Both the position numbers and the translations under genes were made by a program. Source: an uncultured delta proteobacterium (lineage in GTDB: Bacteria > Myxococcota_A > Polyangia > Haliangiales > Haliangiaceae). From it: a stretch of DNA of 64,000 nt. A model generated the notes under the pieces. It made no database searches, was not told the DNA's origin, and saw only the letters and a list, made by a program, of their open reading frames with translations. Below, one piece after another: positions 27,383 to 45,119 of this stretch (positions within the stretch are counted from its first letter, which is position 1; the number at the start of each line of letters is the position of its first letter). The stretch is taken from assembly GCA_963743525.1 (NCBI GenBank), contig CAVUQH010000002.1, positions 32,001 to 96,000 on the forward strand. Direction: 5' to 3'.

Positions 27383-28672
27383 GTGCGTCGCATCACCATC
27401 ATCCTCGCCGTCGCGATCGTCACCTTGTTGCCACGCCCCGCGCGCGCTGCGAACACGGTTGGAATCAATACCCATATCCCCGCTCCCGAGGTCATCGACC
27501 TGGTGGTCGAGCTGGGTGCCAGGTGGATTCGGGTGGACGACAACTGGCCGGATCATCCGGATCCGTGCAGCCAGTCGATTGGCTGGCTGCCGGCCCTGGA
27601 TACCGCGGTCGATTACGCCGTGGCCCACGGGCTGTCGGTCTACATGACCCTGGCCTACACGCCGGCGTGCGCCTCCGCCGGCGACGGTGCCGGCGACGGG
27701 CCGCGCAACGACGTGCCGCAGGCCGCGCTCTACCACAGCTTCGTCCGCCAGACCGTGGCCCACTACCGGGCCAAGGGCGTGACCCACTTCGGCCTGTGGA
27801 ACGAGCCCAACCTGAGCGGTTTCTTCGAGGGCGACGGCAACGCCTACGTCAACGACGTCGTCGTGCCGGGCATGGCCGGCATCGCGCAGGGCTGCGCCGA
27901 CGCCGGCTACTCCGATTGCCTGGCGCTGGGGCCCGACCTGGCTCACGTCGGCGACTACGACGTCTTCCTCGACGCCGTGCTGCAGCGCATGGCGCAGTCG
28001 TCGCTGCGGTTCGACATCTTCACCCATCACATCTACCAGGGCTTCGACGTCGCCATCTACGACGGCGACTCGTTCATCAACGCCCTCGACACGCGCCGGT
28101 TCCCGTTCACCCGCCGCTCGCTGGTCAACGTCCTCACCGACAACGGCCTGGCCTCCGGTGGCGTGCCCGCGATCGAGGTGTGGCTGACCGAGACCGGCTA
28201 CCGCGCCAACCCGCCCACCGACGCCGGTGAGATGGCGACGCAGAAGAGCTTCTACATGAGCGTCATCGACCAGCAGCTGGCGCGATCCTGGTACACCAAC
28301 ACCTTCTTCTACGAGATCGTCGACTCGATGGACAGCATCGACGGCTTCGGCATCACCCGGCGCGACGGCATGGGTGGCTTCACCCGCAAGCCCGCGTTCG
28401 ACGCCTTGCGCGACCGCATCGCCTCCGAGCCGGAGCTCAACGGCACCGCCGCCGAGCCCGACGCCGGACCGGGACCGGGACAGCCCGACGCCGGGCCGGG
28501 ACCGAGCAGTCCCGATGGTGGCAGCGGCGGCGGCGGTCCCGATGGCGGCGGCGGTGGCAACGGCAGCGGTGACGGCACCGGTTCGGGCGGCTGCAGCACC
28601 GGCGGCGGCGGCGCGGGAGCGCTGCTCCTGGCCGGCCTCGCGCTACTGTTCGCGCGCCGCCGGCGACGCTAG
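27383..28672 (+). CDS. Secreted clan GH-A glycoside hydrolase with MYXO-CTERM-like sorting tail
   Basis: Signal peptide; WNEPN and WLTETG; tail GGCS...ALLLAGLALLFARRRRR. Confidence 0.8.
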   Translation: MRRITIILAVAIVTLLPRPARAANTVGINTHIPAPEVIDLVVELGARWIRVDDNWPDHPDPCSQSIGWLPALDTAVDYAVAHGLSVYMTLAYTPACASAGDGAGDGPRNDVPQAALYHSFVRQTVAHYRAKGVTHFGLWNEPNLSGFFEGDGNAYVNDVVVPGMAGIAQGCADAGYSDCLALGPDLAHVGDYDVFLDAVLQRMAQSSLRFDIFTHHIYQGFDVAIYDGDSFINALDTRRFPFTRRSLVNVLTDNGLASGGVPAIEVWLTETGYRANPPTDAGEMATQKSFYMSVIDQQLARSWYTNTFFYEIVDSMDSIDGFGITRRDGMGGFTRKPAFDALRDRIASEPELNGTAAEPDAGPGPGQPDAGPGPSSPDGGSGGGGPDGGGGGNGSGDGTGSGGCSTGGGGAGALLLAGLALLFARRRRR

Positions 28673-30237
28673 TTGCCGCTGCTACTGGCGGCCGCCAGCG
28701 CCGCGCCGCCGACGAACAGCAGCGCCGCCAGGTCCTTGTCGTTGAACCGCAGCTGAGCGCCGAGGAACCAGTCGCGGCCGAACTTGTACGACGGCTCCTC
28801 GAACTGGTGCGGCACCGAGAAGCCGTCGTCGGCGATCGGGATCGAGTCCGGCTTGTTGAGCGCGTCGTCGATGCCGCCGAGCACGTACATGTGGCGGAAG
28901 ACCTCGAGCACCGCCGCCAGCTTGACCCGCGGCAGTCGGTCGAAGCTGGCGTCGAAGACGTCGAGCGACATCTTGAGCTTGTCGTTGAACCAGAACGTAT
29001 CCAGACCGACGCCACCCGCCGACTCCTTGACGCCGTAGCGGAACTGCGCCCAGCCCAGGCGCTTGCCGAACTGGAACGTGAAGCGGACCCGGTCGCGAAT
29101 GATGAACTGCTTCTGGCACGGATTGTCGGCCGCGCTGCAGGTGAGCGAGGTGTCGGGGTAGCCACCCTCGGGCCCCTTCACCAGCTCGAGGTAGTAGAAC
29201 TTGTCCGGCCGGGTGTTGATGTCGACGGTGATGTAGCTGCGCACGCCGCCGTTGCGGAAGGTGTACTCGCTGCGCAGCCCGACGTAGGTCTGCATGCCGA
29301 ACAGCGTGCCGAGGAAGCCCTTGGCGTCGTCGCTGATGTCGGTGAGGTTGTCGGCCAGCGTCGAGTCGTTGACCAGGCGGCCCAGGGTGCCCTGGTCGTC
29401 GTCGATCTTCTTCGCCACCGAGGTGCTGTGGGTCATCAGATCGTCGACCATGTCGAGCTTTTCGCGCACCTTGGCCCCGGTGTCCTCGACCTCCTTGCGC
29501 GCGCTGGTCACCAGCCCCTTGGCCTCGGCCGATGCCTCGTCGAGGTTGTCGAGGATCTTGTCGACCCGCTCGGGCGCATCCTTGCTGACCGCGCGGATGT
29601 CGGCGGTGATCTGCTCGATGCGCGCCAGGCTGCGATCGGTGCGCTCGAGGATGGTGGCCACCCGACCCGACTCGGACTGCACCAGGTCGTCGATACGGTT
29701 GGCGATGTTGGCGATCGGCCCGCGAAGCAACTGGCGAGCGTCCTCGCTGAGGTCCTTGATCGGAGATCAGCGCCTCGTCAACCCGCGGCAAGGTCTGGTC
29801 AACCCGGCGGAACAGCTGTTCGACCGTGGTCGCCTCGACCACCATCGGCACCTGCTCGCCGGGCTTGAGCAGGCGGTTCTTGGTGCCGTCCTCGGCCAGC
29901 TCCCCGCCCGGATCGAGCTCGAGATAGAACGTGCCCAGGAGCGACGTGGTCTTCTTGTAGACCACCGCGTTCGACCACACCTGCACGTCGCCGCGCACGT
30001 CGAAGTCGATGCGCGCCTGGCGGCCCTCGATCGACAGGCCGGTGATCTCGCCGACCGGCAGGCCGGCGATCACCACCTGCGATCCGACCGGCAAGCCCGA
30101 CGCATCGCGGAACTTGGCGTACAGCGGGTAGGCGTTCTTGCCCGACGGCTGGCTGCCGACGCTCCGCCACACGGCGTAGGCGGCGATCACACCGACCAGC
30201 GTCAGGATGCCTACCTTGACCCCCTGTGACAGCCACT

Positions 30238-30241
<4 letters not shown>
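28669..30241 (-). CDS. MCE/MlaD family protein; apparent +1 frameshift near 29762
   Basis: N-terminal TM plus MCE (FRDASGLPVGSQVVIAGLPVGEI); helical region and C-terminus continue in another frame. Confidence 0.85.
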
Positions 30242-31913
<1,672 letters not shown>

Positions 31914-31915
31914 TG

Positions 31916-33061
31916 CTACTGGTAGACCCGGGGGACGCGCTTGGATACGCCGCAGGTCACCTCGTAGGGGGATACGCCCGCCTGCTCCGCCAGCTCCCCG
32001 GTGGAGATGGCGGCGCCGGCTTGTGCGCCGAGGAGAACGACCTCGTCACCCACGCGCACAGCATCGCCCAGATCGGTGACGTCTACGACCGTAATGTCCA
32101 TCGATATTGCGCCGATCACGGGAAAGCGCCGACCGCTGATCAGGGCGCCGGCGCTGCCGGTCAAGCGGCGGGGGAAGCCGTCGGCGTAGCCGACCGGCAG
32201 AATGGCCGCACGCGTCGGCCGGCGCGCTGTCCACAGTGCGCCGTAGCCGACGCTGGCACCTTCCGGCAGCGTGCGCAGCTGAACGATCTCGGTGACGAAG
32301 CGCATGGCCTGCCGGAGCTGACCGTCGGGCGCCGGCGTGCCGTTGCCATAGACGGCGATCCCGGTGCGCACGCGGTCGCGTCGCGCGGCGGGAAAGCGCA
32401 GCGCGCCGGCGCTGTTGGCGGCGTGTACCAGCTGCGGGCGAATACCCAGCGCCGCCAGGTGCGCCAGCGCGGCGTCCAGCCGCGCCAGCTGCTGGTTGGT
32501 GGCGCTGTCGGGATCGGACGGATCGTCGGTCTCCGCGCAGGCGAAGTGGGTGGCGATCCCTTCGACGGTGACGCCGTCGTAGTGCGGCACGCGATCGAGC
32601 TGGTCGGTGAGCAGCCCGAGCCGACCCATGCCGGTGTCGACCTTGAGGTGCACCGCGATCGCTGCGCCCCGGCGGCGCCCCAGCTGCGACAGTCGCTCGA
32701 GGTCGCCCAGATCGCCGATCATGGGAGTGAGGCGGCGCGCGAGGATCTCTTCCTCGCCGCCGGCCAGCGCCGGGCCCATGACCAGGATCGGAAGGTCGAT
32801 CCCGGCGGCGCGAAGCTGCGTCCCCTCCTCCACCAGGCTGACCGCGAAGCCGGCGACTCCGGACGCCCCGGCCAGGGCGCGAGCCACAGGGATCGCCCCG
32901 TGGCCGTAGGCATCGGCCTTGACCACAGCGTAGAGATCGACGCCGCACGTTCGCGCGACGAGATCGGCATTGTCGCGGACCGCGCCCAGGTCGATCTCGA
33001 CCCGCGTGGGCCGGATGGCGGGGTCGGCGGTCACGACTTCGATTACCGCTGGAGAGCTCAT
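31916..33061 (-). CDS. alr: Alanine racemase
   Basis: [32 protein letters not shown]. Confidence 0.95.
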   Translation of the reverse strand: MSSPAVIEVVTADPAIRPTRVEIDLGAVRDNADLVARTCGVDLYAVVKADAYGHGAIPVARALAGASGVAGFAVSLVEEGTQLRAAGIDLPILVMGPALAGGEEEILARRLTPMIGDLGDLERLSQLGRRRGAAIAVHLKVDTGMGRLGLLTDQLDRVPHYDGVTVEGIATHFACAETDDPSDPDSATNQQLARLDAALAHLAALGIRPQLVHAANSAGALRFPAARRDRVRTGIAVYGNGTPAPDGQLRQAMRFVTEIVQLRTLPEGASVGYGALWTARRPTRAAILPVGYADGFPRRLTGSAGALISGRRFPVIGAISMDITVVDVTDLGDAVRVGDEVVLLGAQAGAAISTGELAEQAGVSPYEVTCGVSKRVPRVYQ

Positions 33062-33198
33062 GGCTGTCAAGGAAACGCCCGAGATCTGATGGGAAATTCC
33101 CTCCGAAAACGCGAATACCCGGACCGCAGGGGGACGCGCGGCCGGGTATCGCAGGCGGTGGGAGAGAGTCTGTGGAACGGTCGGCGGGCGAGCGCGCC

Positions 33199-33942
33199 TC
33201 AGGCGGCGCGGCGCTTGTCAACCTTGTCCATCAGCGCGCGGGTGACGACCAGCGAGCGACCGCGCGGAATGATCAGACCGTCGCGGGCGAGCTGGTTGAA
33301 CGCGCGGGAGATGGTCTCGCGGCACGAGCCGATCATGTTGGCCAGCTCCTGCTGCGTCGGGCGGCGCCGAACCAGCATGCCGTCGGGGGCTTCGGTGCCC
33401 TCTTCGTGGGCGAGGCTGACCAGGCGATGGATGAGCCGCTCGTTGACGTCGCACAGCGCCAGCTGGGCGATGCTCTGATCGGCGCGGCGCAGGCGGCGGG
33501 CCATCTCGCCGAGCAGGTTGAGGGCGGTGCGCGGGTGCTGCGACACGTGGCGCAGCAGATCCTCCCGGCCCAGCGCCAGCAGCGTGGTCGGCTCGACGGC
33601 GATGCAGTTGGCCGAGCGATCGCCGCCGTCGAACAGCGACATCTCGCCGAACGAGTCACCGGGACGGAGGACCGACAAGGTCACCTCGCGGCCGTTCTCG
33701 CCGAAGATGACGACCTTCACCCGGCCGGTCATGATGATGAACATCGAATCGCCGGGCTCGTCCTGCGACAGCACGGTGGTCTGCACCGGGACGCGCTTGA
33801 CGGCAATGCGGCCAGTCAGGTCCTCGATGGCCTGAATCGGCAGCGACTGGAACAGCGGCGACCTCGCGATGGCGGCGCGGATGCGCGCCGGGTCTTCGTG
33901 GGTGCCAATACGAGGGTTGGGACGGGCAATGCTAAGGCTCAT
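33199..33942 (-). CDS. Crp/Fnr family transcriptional regulator
   Basis: cNMP pocket FGEMSLF...[24 protein letters not shown]. Confidence 0.93.
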   Translation of the reverse strand: MSLSIARPNPRIGTHEDPARIRAAIARSPLFQSLPIQAIEDLTGRIAVKRVPVQTTVLSQDEPGDSMFIIMTGRVKVVIFGENGREVTLSVLRPGDSFGEMSLFDGGDRSANCIAVEPTTLLALGREDLLRHVSQHPRTALNLLGEMARRLRRADQSIAQLALCDVNERLIHRLVSLAHEEGTEAPDGMLVRRRPTQQELANMIGSCRETISRAFNQLARDGLIIPRGRSLVVTRALMDKVDKRRAA

Positions 33943-34093
33943 AGACAAGACTCTCTCCTCTCCAGGTGCGGGGGGGCTGGAACGGCCAGTCTTCGCTGGA
34001 CTGCGCTTCAGATGTGCAAGGAGGGTGCCGAAGCGGGGTGGATCACGCCTCTTACGAGAAATCGCGCGGTTAGGTATCACCCGGGTCCAGTGG

Positions 34094-34153
34094 ATGTGAC
34101 CTGGGTTTCACATGGGGAGAACGGACCGCGGCGCCCATGTCGTGGTCGTCACA
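34094..34153. promoter_or_regulatory. Two CRP-box-like sites
   Basis: ATGTGA-N8-TCACAT (34094-34113) and TGTCG-N6-TCACA (34138-34153) between divergent crp and thiS. Confidence 0.45.
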
Positions 34154-34206
34154 GTAACCTGCGCTGCCCGCACACCCTCCGCACAGTTGTGCTAGGTTCC
34201 TGGCGC

Positions 34207-34419
34207 TTGGCCGATCCCCTCGAAATCATTGTGAACGGACAGCCTCGGACGATCGCTGCAGGCTCCACGGTCGCCGATCTCCTGCGCGAGCTCGGCATGG
34301 ATGACCGGCCGGTGGCCGTCGAGCGCAACCGCGACGTGGTGCCGCGGGCGGAGCACGCCGATTGCCGGCTCGAGGATGGGGACCGACTCGAGCTCGTGAC
34401 GTTTGTCGGGGGTGGATAG
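34207..34419 (+). CDS. thiS: Sulfur carrier protein ThiS
   Basis: IIVNG...VAVERN...[10 protein letters not shown]-terminus; TTG start uncertain. Confidence 0.9.
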   Translation: MADPLEIIVNGQPRTIAAGSTVADLLRELGMDDRPVAVERNRDVVPRAEHADCRLEDGDRLELVTFVGGG

Positions 34420-34484
34420 CCCCCATCGAGGTGGGCGCCCCTCGGCGGCGCGCCGGCCCGCAGCCTGAGGTAAGACACGCCATC

Positions 34485-35266
<782 letters not shown>

Positions 35267-35270
<4 letters not shown>

Positions 35271-35878
35271 CCCGCGCGCTGCCGCCGCACTACCTGATCA
35301 CCGACCGGCGCCTCGCCGGCGGCGTCAACGCGCTGGTCGCCCGGGTGCGCGCGGCGCTGGCGGCGCTGCCCGAAGGCGGCGCCCTGGTGCAGCTGCGCGA
35401 AAAAGATCTGTCGGGCCGCGAGCTCGTCGCCCTGGCCCGTGCACTGCTCGCGGTGACCGGCGCGCGCGGCTGCCCACTGCTGATCAACGACCGCGTCAAC
35501 GTCGCCCTCGCCGTCGGCGCCGACGGTGTCCACCTGCCCGAAGCCGGCCTGCCGATCGCCGACGCCCGCGCCCTGCTGGGACCCACGGCGATCATCGGCG
35601 CCTCGACTCACTCCATCGACGCCGCCCGTGCCGCGGCGTCCGCCGGCGCGGATCTGGTGGTGTTCGGACCGATCTGGCCGACCCCATCCAAGCCCGGCGC
35701 TGTCGGCGTCGGCCTCGACGCGTTGTCGGCCGCCGCCACTGCCGCCCAACCAACCCCACTCTACGCCCTCGGCGGCATCGACAGCCCCGACCGCATCACC
35801 GCCGCCCGCACCGCCGGCGCCCATGGCACCGCCACCGTCCGATACTGGCGATACTGGCGATACTGGGGACGCTCTTAA
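35267..35878 (+). CDS. thiE: Thiamine phosphate synthase (ThiE/TenI family); C-terminus altered by repeats
   Basis: VQLREK, LINDR, DGVHL, GASTH, TPSK, ALGGI; GTG overlaps thiG stop. Confidence 0.85.
35841..35866. repeat. 9-bp tandem repeat GATACTGGC x~3
   Basis: GATACTGGC GATACTGGC GATACTGG; encodes RYWRYWRYW. Confidence 0.85.
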
Positions 35879-36002
35879 GTTTCTAAGCAACTTCTCCAAC
35901 AAATCCATGGCGTTGCCCGACATGACTCAATCCGGGCGGAGTCATTTTCGGCAAGGCGCGAGAATCGTTGGAGATCGAACTTAGAAACTTAAGATCGTCC
36001 CC
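35865..36002. repeat. 138-bp imperfect palindromic element (MITE/REPIN-like)
   Basis: GGGGACGCTCTTAAGTTTCTAAG vs CTTAGAAACTTAAGATCGTCCCC inverted 22/23; further paired TCTCCAAC/GTTGGAGA and ATGACTC/GAGTCAT. Confidence 0.85.
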
Positions 36003-36023
36003 GGTCCAATACTGGCGACGCTC

Positions 36024-36941
36024 CTAGACCAGCTCGGCGATCCAGCGGTCGGCGCCCTCGATGTGGGCGAGGCGGATGTCGTCGGGCGGAGCTTCGGCGG
36101 CGACGGCTTCCTTGAGCCTTTTCTGCACGTCGGACTCCTCGCCCTGCAGCGTCTTCAGACCGGCCTGGTTGGACGCCTCGACGCTGCCATCGGTGCCCAG
36201 CACGAAGGCCGGTCCTTGCTTCTGCTCGAGCAGGAAGACCAGCACCGAGCGGTCGGCCAGCTGCTTGGCCCCGGGCTCGTCGGCCCATCGGCGCAGCGCG
36301 CGTGCATCGAGCAGGTCGTCGACACCGGCCATGATTCGCTCGAGCTCGGCCGGCGCGGGAATCCGCTTGCACCGCCGGTAGCGATCGCCGGCGCGCGCGG
36401 CCTCGAGCACCGCGGCCACCTCGTGCAGCGGATTGATCAGGCGAGCGCGGGCGCGGCGCACCGCCGCCAGCCCCCAGGCAAACGAGATCGCGCCGAGGAA
36501 CACCGCCGCCCACGCGCTGGCGTAGCCCAGCCGGGTCGCCTCGTCGTCGCCGCGAATCACCGCCCCGCGGTTGACGTTGCCGACGTCGCGCAGCGACTGG
36601 ATCACGTCGTCGCGCGCGGCGATCTCCCCCGACAGCGCCGCGTTCATCTGCGTGCGCACCTCGGAAAGGCTGGCGCGCTCGCTGTCCTCGGTGATGTTGC
36701 CCTCGGCCCGCTTCAGCGCGGCCTCGAACTGTAGCCGCTCGCCGTCGGTTGCCGGCCCGTGGGCAATCACCGCCAGCATCTCTTCGGTTGCCTCCAGCGA
36801 GTAGACGTTCTCGGACATGATCCGCTCGATGGTGGGCGCCGTCCGGGCCAGCAGCGCGACCGTCCCGGCGCTGGTCAGGACGACGATCGCCATCAGGACG
36901 ATCAGCGGCAACAGCACGTCGCGGCGCAGCTCGCGGGTCAC
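36024..36941 (-). CDS. Membrane sensor-like protein (TM - four-helix bundle - TM - HAMP-like - PAS-like), no output domain
   Basis: Two TMs flanking IMSENVYSLEATEEML helical domain; INPLHEV HAMP-like start; GTG overlaps ktrA stop. Confidence 0.65.
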   Translation of the reverse strand: MTRELRRDVLLPLIVLMAIVVLTSAGTVALLARTAPTIERIMSENVYSLEATEEMLAVIAHGPATDGERLQFEAALKRAEGNITEDSERASLSEVRTQMNAALSGEIAARDDVIQSLRDVGNVNRGAVIRGDDEATRLGYASAWAAVFLGAISFAWGLAAVRRARARLINPLHEVAAVLEAARAGDRYRRCKRIPAPAELERIMAGVDDLLDARALRRWADEPGAKQLADRSVLVFLLEQKQGPAFVLGTDGSVEASNQAGLKTLQGEESDVQKRLKEAVAAEAPPDDIRLAHIEGADRWIAELV

Positions 36942-37594
36942 GATACCTTCTCCAGGAACTGGCTGACCTTGCCCGGCCGCGACACCAGCACCAGGGCGTC
37001 GCCCTCCTGCACCTGGGTGTCGCCGTGCGGCAGGATCACCTCCTCGCCGCGGCGAATCGCCGCCACCGTCAGCTCGTGTTTGCGCGGCAGGTCGAGCGAT
37101 GCCAGCGCGTGACCGACGCACGACGACGGCGCCATGACGTCGGTGACGACCAGCTGCCCGGCCAGGGTCAGCTCGTCGCGAACGCCGTCGTAGGTGACGC
37201 GCATCGCCACCCGCTGGCCGACGATGCTGTCCGGGTTGACCACCTCGTGGGCGCCGATCAGCCCGAGGATCCGCTCGTGCAGCGGGTCGGTGGCGCGGGC
37301 CAGCACCCGTTTGGCCCCCAGCTGGCGCAGCAGCGCCGTGCAGATGATCGACGACTCGCGCGACTCGTCACCGATGGCACAGATGCAGACGTCGCGCCTC
37401 TCCGGCGCCAGCGCTCCCAGCTGGCTCTCGTCGGTGGCGTCGATACACGACACCGACGCCGCCAGCTCGGTCGCCGCCCGCACCTTCTCTTTGCTCTTGT
37501 CGACGGCGATGACCTCGACGTCCATGTGCGACAGCGACCGCACCAGCGAGATGCCGAACTGTCCCAATCCGATGACCAGTACCTGTTTGGACAT
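36938..37594 (-). CDS. TrkA/KtrA potassium uptake RCK subunit
   Basis: VIGLGQFG Rossmann motif; C-terminal TrkA-C. Confidence 0.92.
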   Translation of the reverse strand: MSKQVLVIGLGQFGISLVRSLSHMDVEVIAVDKSKEKVRAATELAASVSCIDATDESQLGALAPERRDVCICAIGDESRESSIICTALLRQLGAKRVLARATDPLHERILGLIGAHEVVNPDSIVGQRVAMRVTYDGVRDELTLAGQLVVTDVMAPSSCVGHALASLDLPRKHELTVAAIRRGEEVILPHGDTQVQEGDALVLVSRPGKVSQFLEKVS

Positions 37595-37596
37595 GG

Positions 37597-39612
<2,016 letters not shown>

Positions 39613-39710
39613 GGTCGGGGCAGCCTACGCCCGCGGGCCACCCGGCGGCAAGTCACCGCCGGGTCGAGCGGCGATTCCGCCCCGGGGAGAACGACGGGGC
39701 GCGCGCTCGA

Positions 39711-42551
<2,841 letters not shown>

Positions 42552-42564
42552 GATTGCGTGTAGG

Positions 42565-43455
42565 ATGATGGGTGAGGCGTTGACGGATGACAAGGACACG
42601 CTCCTTCGTGAGCTGGTCAGGGCCCTGCCGCCGGAGTCGGTTGCCGCCGCTCCCGAGGCGGCAGCGTTGCTCGAGCGCGGCTACCTCGAGGGACGCGCCC
42701 GCTGGTCGCTCGAGCTGACCGCGGCCGCCTTCGCCCGGCACGTGGCCGGGGTGCTTCCGGGCGAGGCCGGCGCCGAGCTGCTCGAGCGCTTGCGCCTACC
42801 CGACCTGTACCTGGCGTGCGCCTGCGCCGAAGGGGTGGCCGGCGCGGTCGACGCCATCGAGGCCGCCTTCTTCGGCGAGCTGGATCCGGCGCTGCGGCAG
42901 ATGGGCGCGTCGCCGTCGGCCGTGCAGGAGATCAAGCAGCGCGTGCGCGACACGCTGTTCGTCGGCCCCGACCCGCGCATCCGCGGCTACTCCGGCCGCG
43001 GCGATCTGCGCGCGTGGTTGCGTTCGGTCGCCGTGCGCCAGGCGCTCAAGACCATGCGCGACGATCGACGCGGCGGGCCGGCGGCCGGCGAAGACGCGCT
43101 GAGCGCCGTCGCCGACGACGCCGACGACCCCGCGCTCGAGCACCTCAAGGCGACCTACGCGGGCGAGTTCAACCGCGCGCTGACCGACGCCCTGACCAGC
43201 CTGTCGCCGCGCGAGCGCACCGTGCTCAAACAGAGCTACCTCGACGGCCTCAGCATCGACGAGATCGGCGCACTCTACCGGGTCCACCGCGCCACCGCGG
43301 CCCGCTGGATCGCGCGGGCCCGCGAGGTGCTGATGGACGAGACCCGCGACCTCCTGGTCACCCGCCTGCAGCTGACCGCCAGCGAGGTGGGCAGCGTCGC
43401 GCGACTGGTGGCCAGTCAGCTCGACGTCAGCCTGTCGCGGTTGCTCGGCGCGTAG
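42565..43455 (+). CDS. ECF-type sigma factor with N-terminal extension
   Basis: YSGRGDLRAWLRSVAVR (region 2); LSPRERTVL...GLSIDEIGALYRVHRATAARWIARAR (region 4). Confidence 0.85.
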   Translation: MMGEALTDDKDTLLRELVRALPPESVAAAPEAAALLERGYLEGRARWSLELTAAAFARHVAGVLPGEAGAELLERLRLPDLYLACACAEGVAGAVDAIEAAFFGELDPALRQMGASPSAVQEIKQRVRDTLFVGPDPRIRGYSGRGDLRAWLRSVAVRQALKTMRDDRRGGPAAGEDALSAVADDADDPALEHLKATYAGEFNRALTDALTSLSPRERTVLKQSYLDGLSIDEIGALYRVHRATAARWIARAREVLMDETRDLLVTRLQLTASEVGSVARLVASQLDVSLSRLLGA

Positions 43456-43457
43456 GG

Positions 43458-44222
43458 TCACGGCGCGTACCAGACGAAGCCGACCGAGGTCTCGAGCAGG
43501 CCGCGCACGCTGCTGGCGACGCCGCCCTCGCTGCCGATGAAGAAGTTGGTGCTGTTGCCGTCGTTGACCAGGGTCAGGCCGGCGCTGAGCTTGGCCGTCA
43601 TGCCCAGGTTGGGCAGACCGAGGAAGCCGAGCCGGACCTCGGTGCCCAGGTTGAATCGGCCGTCGAGCAGCATCTGCGTCGGGTCGTCGGTGCCGGCCAC
43701 GCCGTCGTTGGTGACCACGACCAGGAGCGACGCCTGCGGCTCCCAGAAGACCGACATGTGCTTGTAGATGCCGAACGCCCGCAGGTAGCCGAACGTGCCG
43801 CCGAACGCGGTGGTCGACGGCTGCGGATCGGCGCCCTGCTGGGTGAACATGAACAGCGCACCGGCCTCGAGCCCGGTGTCGCGCGAGCCCCAGCGGCGCA
43901 CGCCGACCATCGGCAGAGTCACACCAGCGCCCAGCGGCGCGAACGCGGGGGCGTCGGCGACCTGAAAGCCCCACGCGCCGACGGTGCCGTCGTGGTCGGT
44001 CGTCCCGGCGGTGGCCGACGCAGCCGGCGCAGCGTTGGCCTCGGCCACGCGCGCCACGTGCAGCCCTTCGGGCTTGGGCGCCGGCGCCGGGGCGGGTTGG
44101 TCGTCGCCGTACAGCGGATCGTCGCCGTCGAGCGGCTCGTCGGCCGGCTGCGCCACGGCGACGCGGACCATGAACAGGGGCGCGAGCGCGCCCAGGAGGA
44201 GGGACAGGGTGATGGAACGCAT
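43458..44222 (-). CDS. Secreted, probable outer-membrane beta-barrel protein
   Basis: Signal peptide MRSITLSLLLG...AVAQ; alternating beta-strands; ends VGFVWYAP. Confidence 0.6.
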   Translation of the reverse strand: MRSITLSLLLGALAPLFMVRVAVAQPADEPLDGDDPLYGDDQPAPAPAPKPEGLHVARVAEANAAPAASATAGTTDHDGTVGAWGFQVADAPAFAPLGAGVTLPMVGVRRWGSRDTGLEAGALFMFTQQGADPQPSTTAFGGTFGYLRAFGIYKHMSVFWEPQASLLVVVTNDGVAGTDDPTQMLLDGRFNLGTEVRLGFLGLPNLGMTAKLSAGLTLVNDGNSTNFFIGSEGGVASSVRGLLETSVGFVWYAP

Positions 44223-44248
44223 GATGGTGAGTGCCTTTCTCGGTTGGT

Positions 44249-45110
44249 TCAGTTGGTGGGAGTGCACAGCCCGATGGCCGGCTGATAGGAGGTGGGGACA
44301 CAGGTCTCGGTCGCGGCGCAGCGCAGCGGATCCTGCTGGTTGGGGTAGCTGCTGGCGTCGCAGTAGGCGCGACAGATGCCGTTGTTGAGGTCGCAGCCGA
44401 GGGTGGCCGCGCAGTCGTTGGGATAGCTGCAGCTGGCGCCCTTGCTGCCCGGGCCCGCGGGAACGCACGCCTGGGTCGCCGCGTCGATGGCGTAGCAGCC
44501 GTCGTTGCCGCTGCAGCTCGGCGCCAGCACGTTGCACGACGCCAGGCAGTAGGCGTAGCCGTCGGAGAACGGCACGCACGCCCCGCTGCTGCAGCCGTAG
44601 CCGGTGCCGTCGCAGTGCCGCCGGCAGAGATCGAGGATGCAGGCTCCGGCGCCCTGGCAACTGTCGGCCTGGTTGGGCACGAAGCTGCAGCTCGCGCCGA
44701 CCGGGATCGAATCCGTCGAGGTAACAGCCGACGGTGCTGTTGAAGCCGTCGGTGACCACCGAGCAGTGCTCGCCCGCGGGACAGCCGGTCTGGTAGACCG
44801 GGTCACAGGCGCCGCCCGTCGGCGCCGCGTCGGGGAACGACGGCGGCGCACCGGCATCCGGCCAGCTCGGCGGCTCGACCGTGCCGTCGCCGCCGTCGGG
44901 AGGGTCGTTGGTGTTGTCGTTACCGCCGCCGGAGTCGCCACCGCCGGGACCGGTGCAGATGCCGCCCTGGCAGGTGAGCCCGGAGTCGCACGGCTGGCCG
45001 CCGATCTGCCGGCAGGCGCCGCCGGCCGAGCCGGGCGCCGCGGCGCCACCGTGGCAGGCGGCCGAGAGGAGGATGATGAGGAAGGTCGAGGGGGGGATCG
45101 AGCGGGTCAT
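44249..45110 (-). CDS. Cys-rich lipoprotein; apparent +1 frameshift near 44710
   Basis: Lipobox SAAC; CDPVYQTGCPAGEHC continues as GASCSFVPNQADSC in another frame. Confidence 0.75.
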
Positions 45111-45119
45111 GATTGCTCC

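Noticed and set aside
33199..33942. Developmental regulator MrpC
   Set aside because: Retains canonical cNMP pocket and RETxSR helix, unlike my recollection of MrpC; left as generic Crp/Fnr
43458..45110. Single 550-aa ORF from the track
   Set aside because: Chimera of two genes produced by the frameshift at ~44710; the middle section is off-frame
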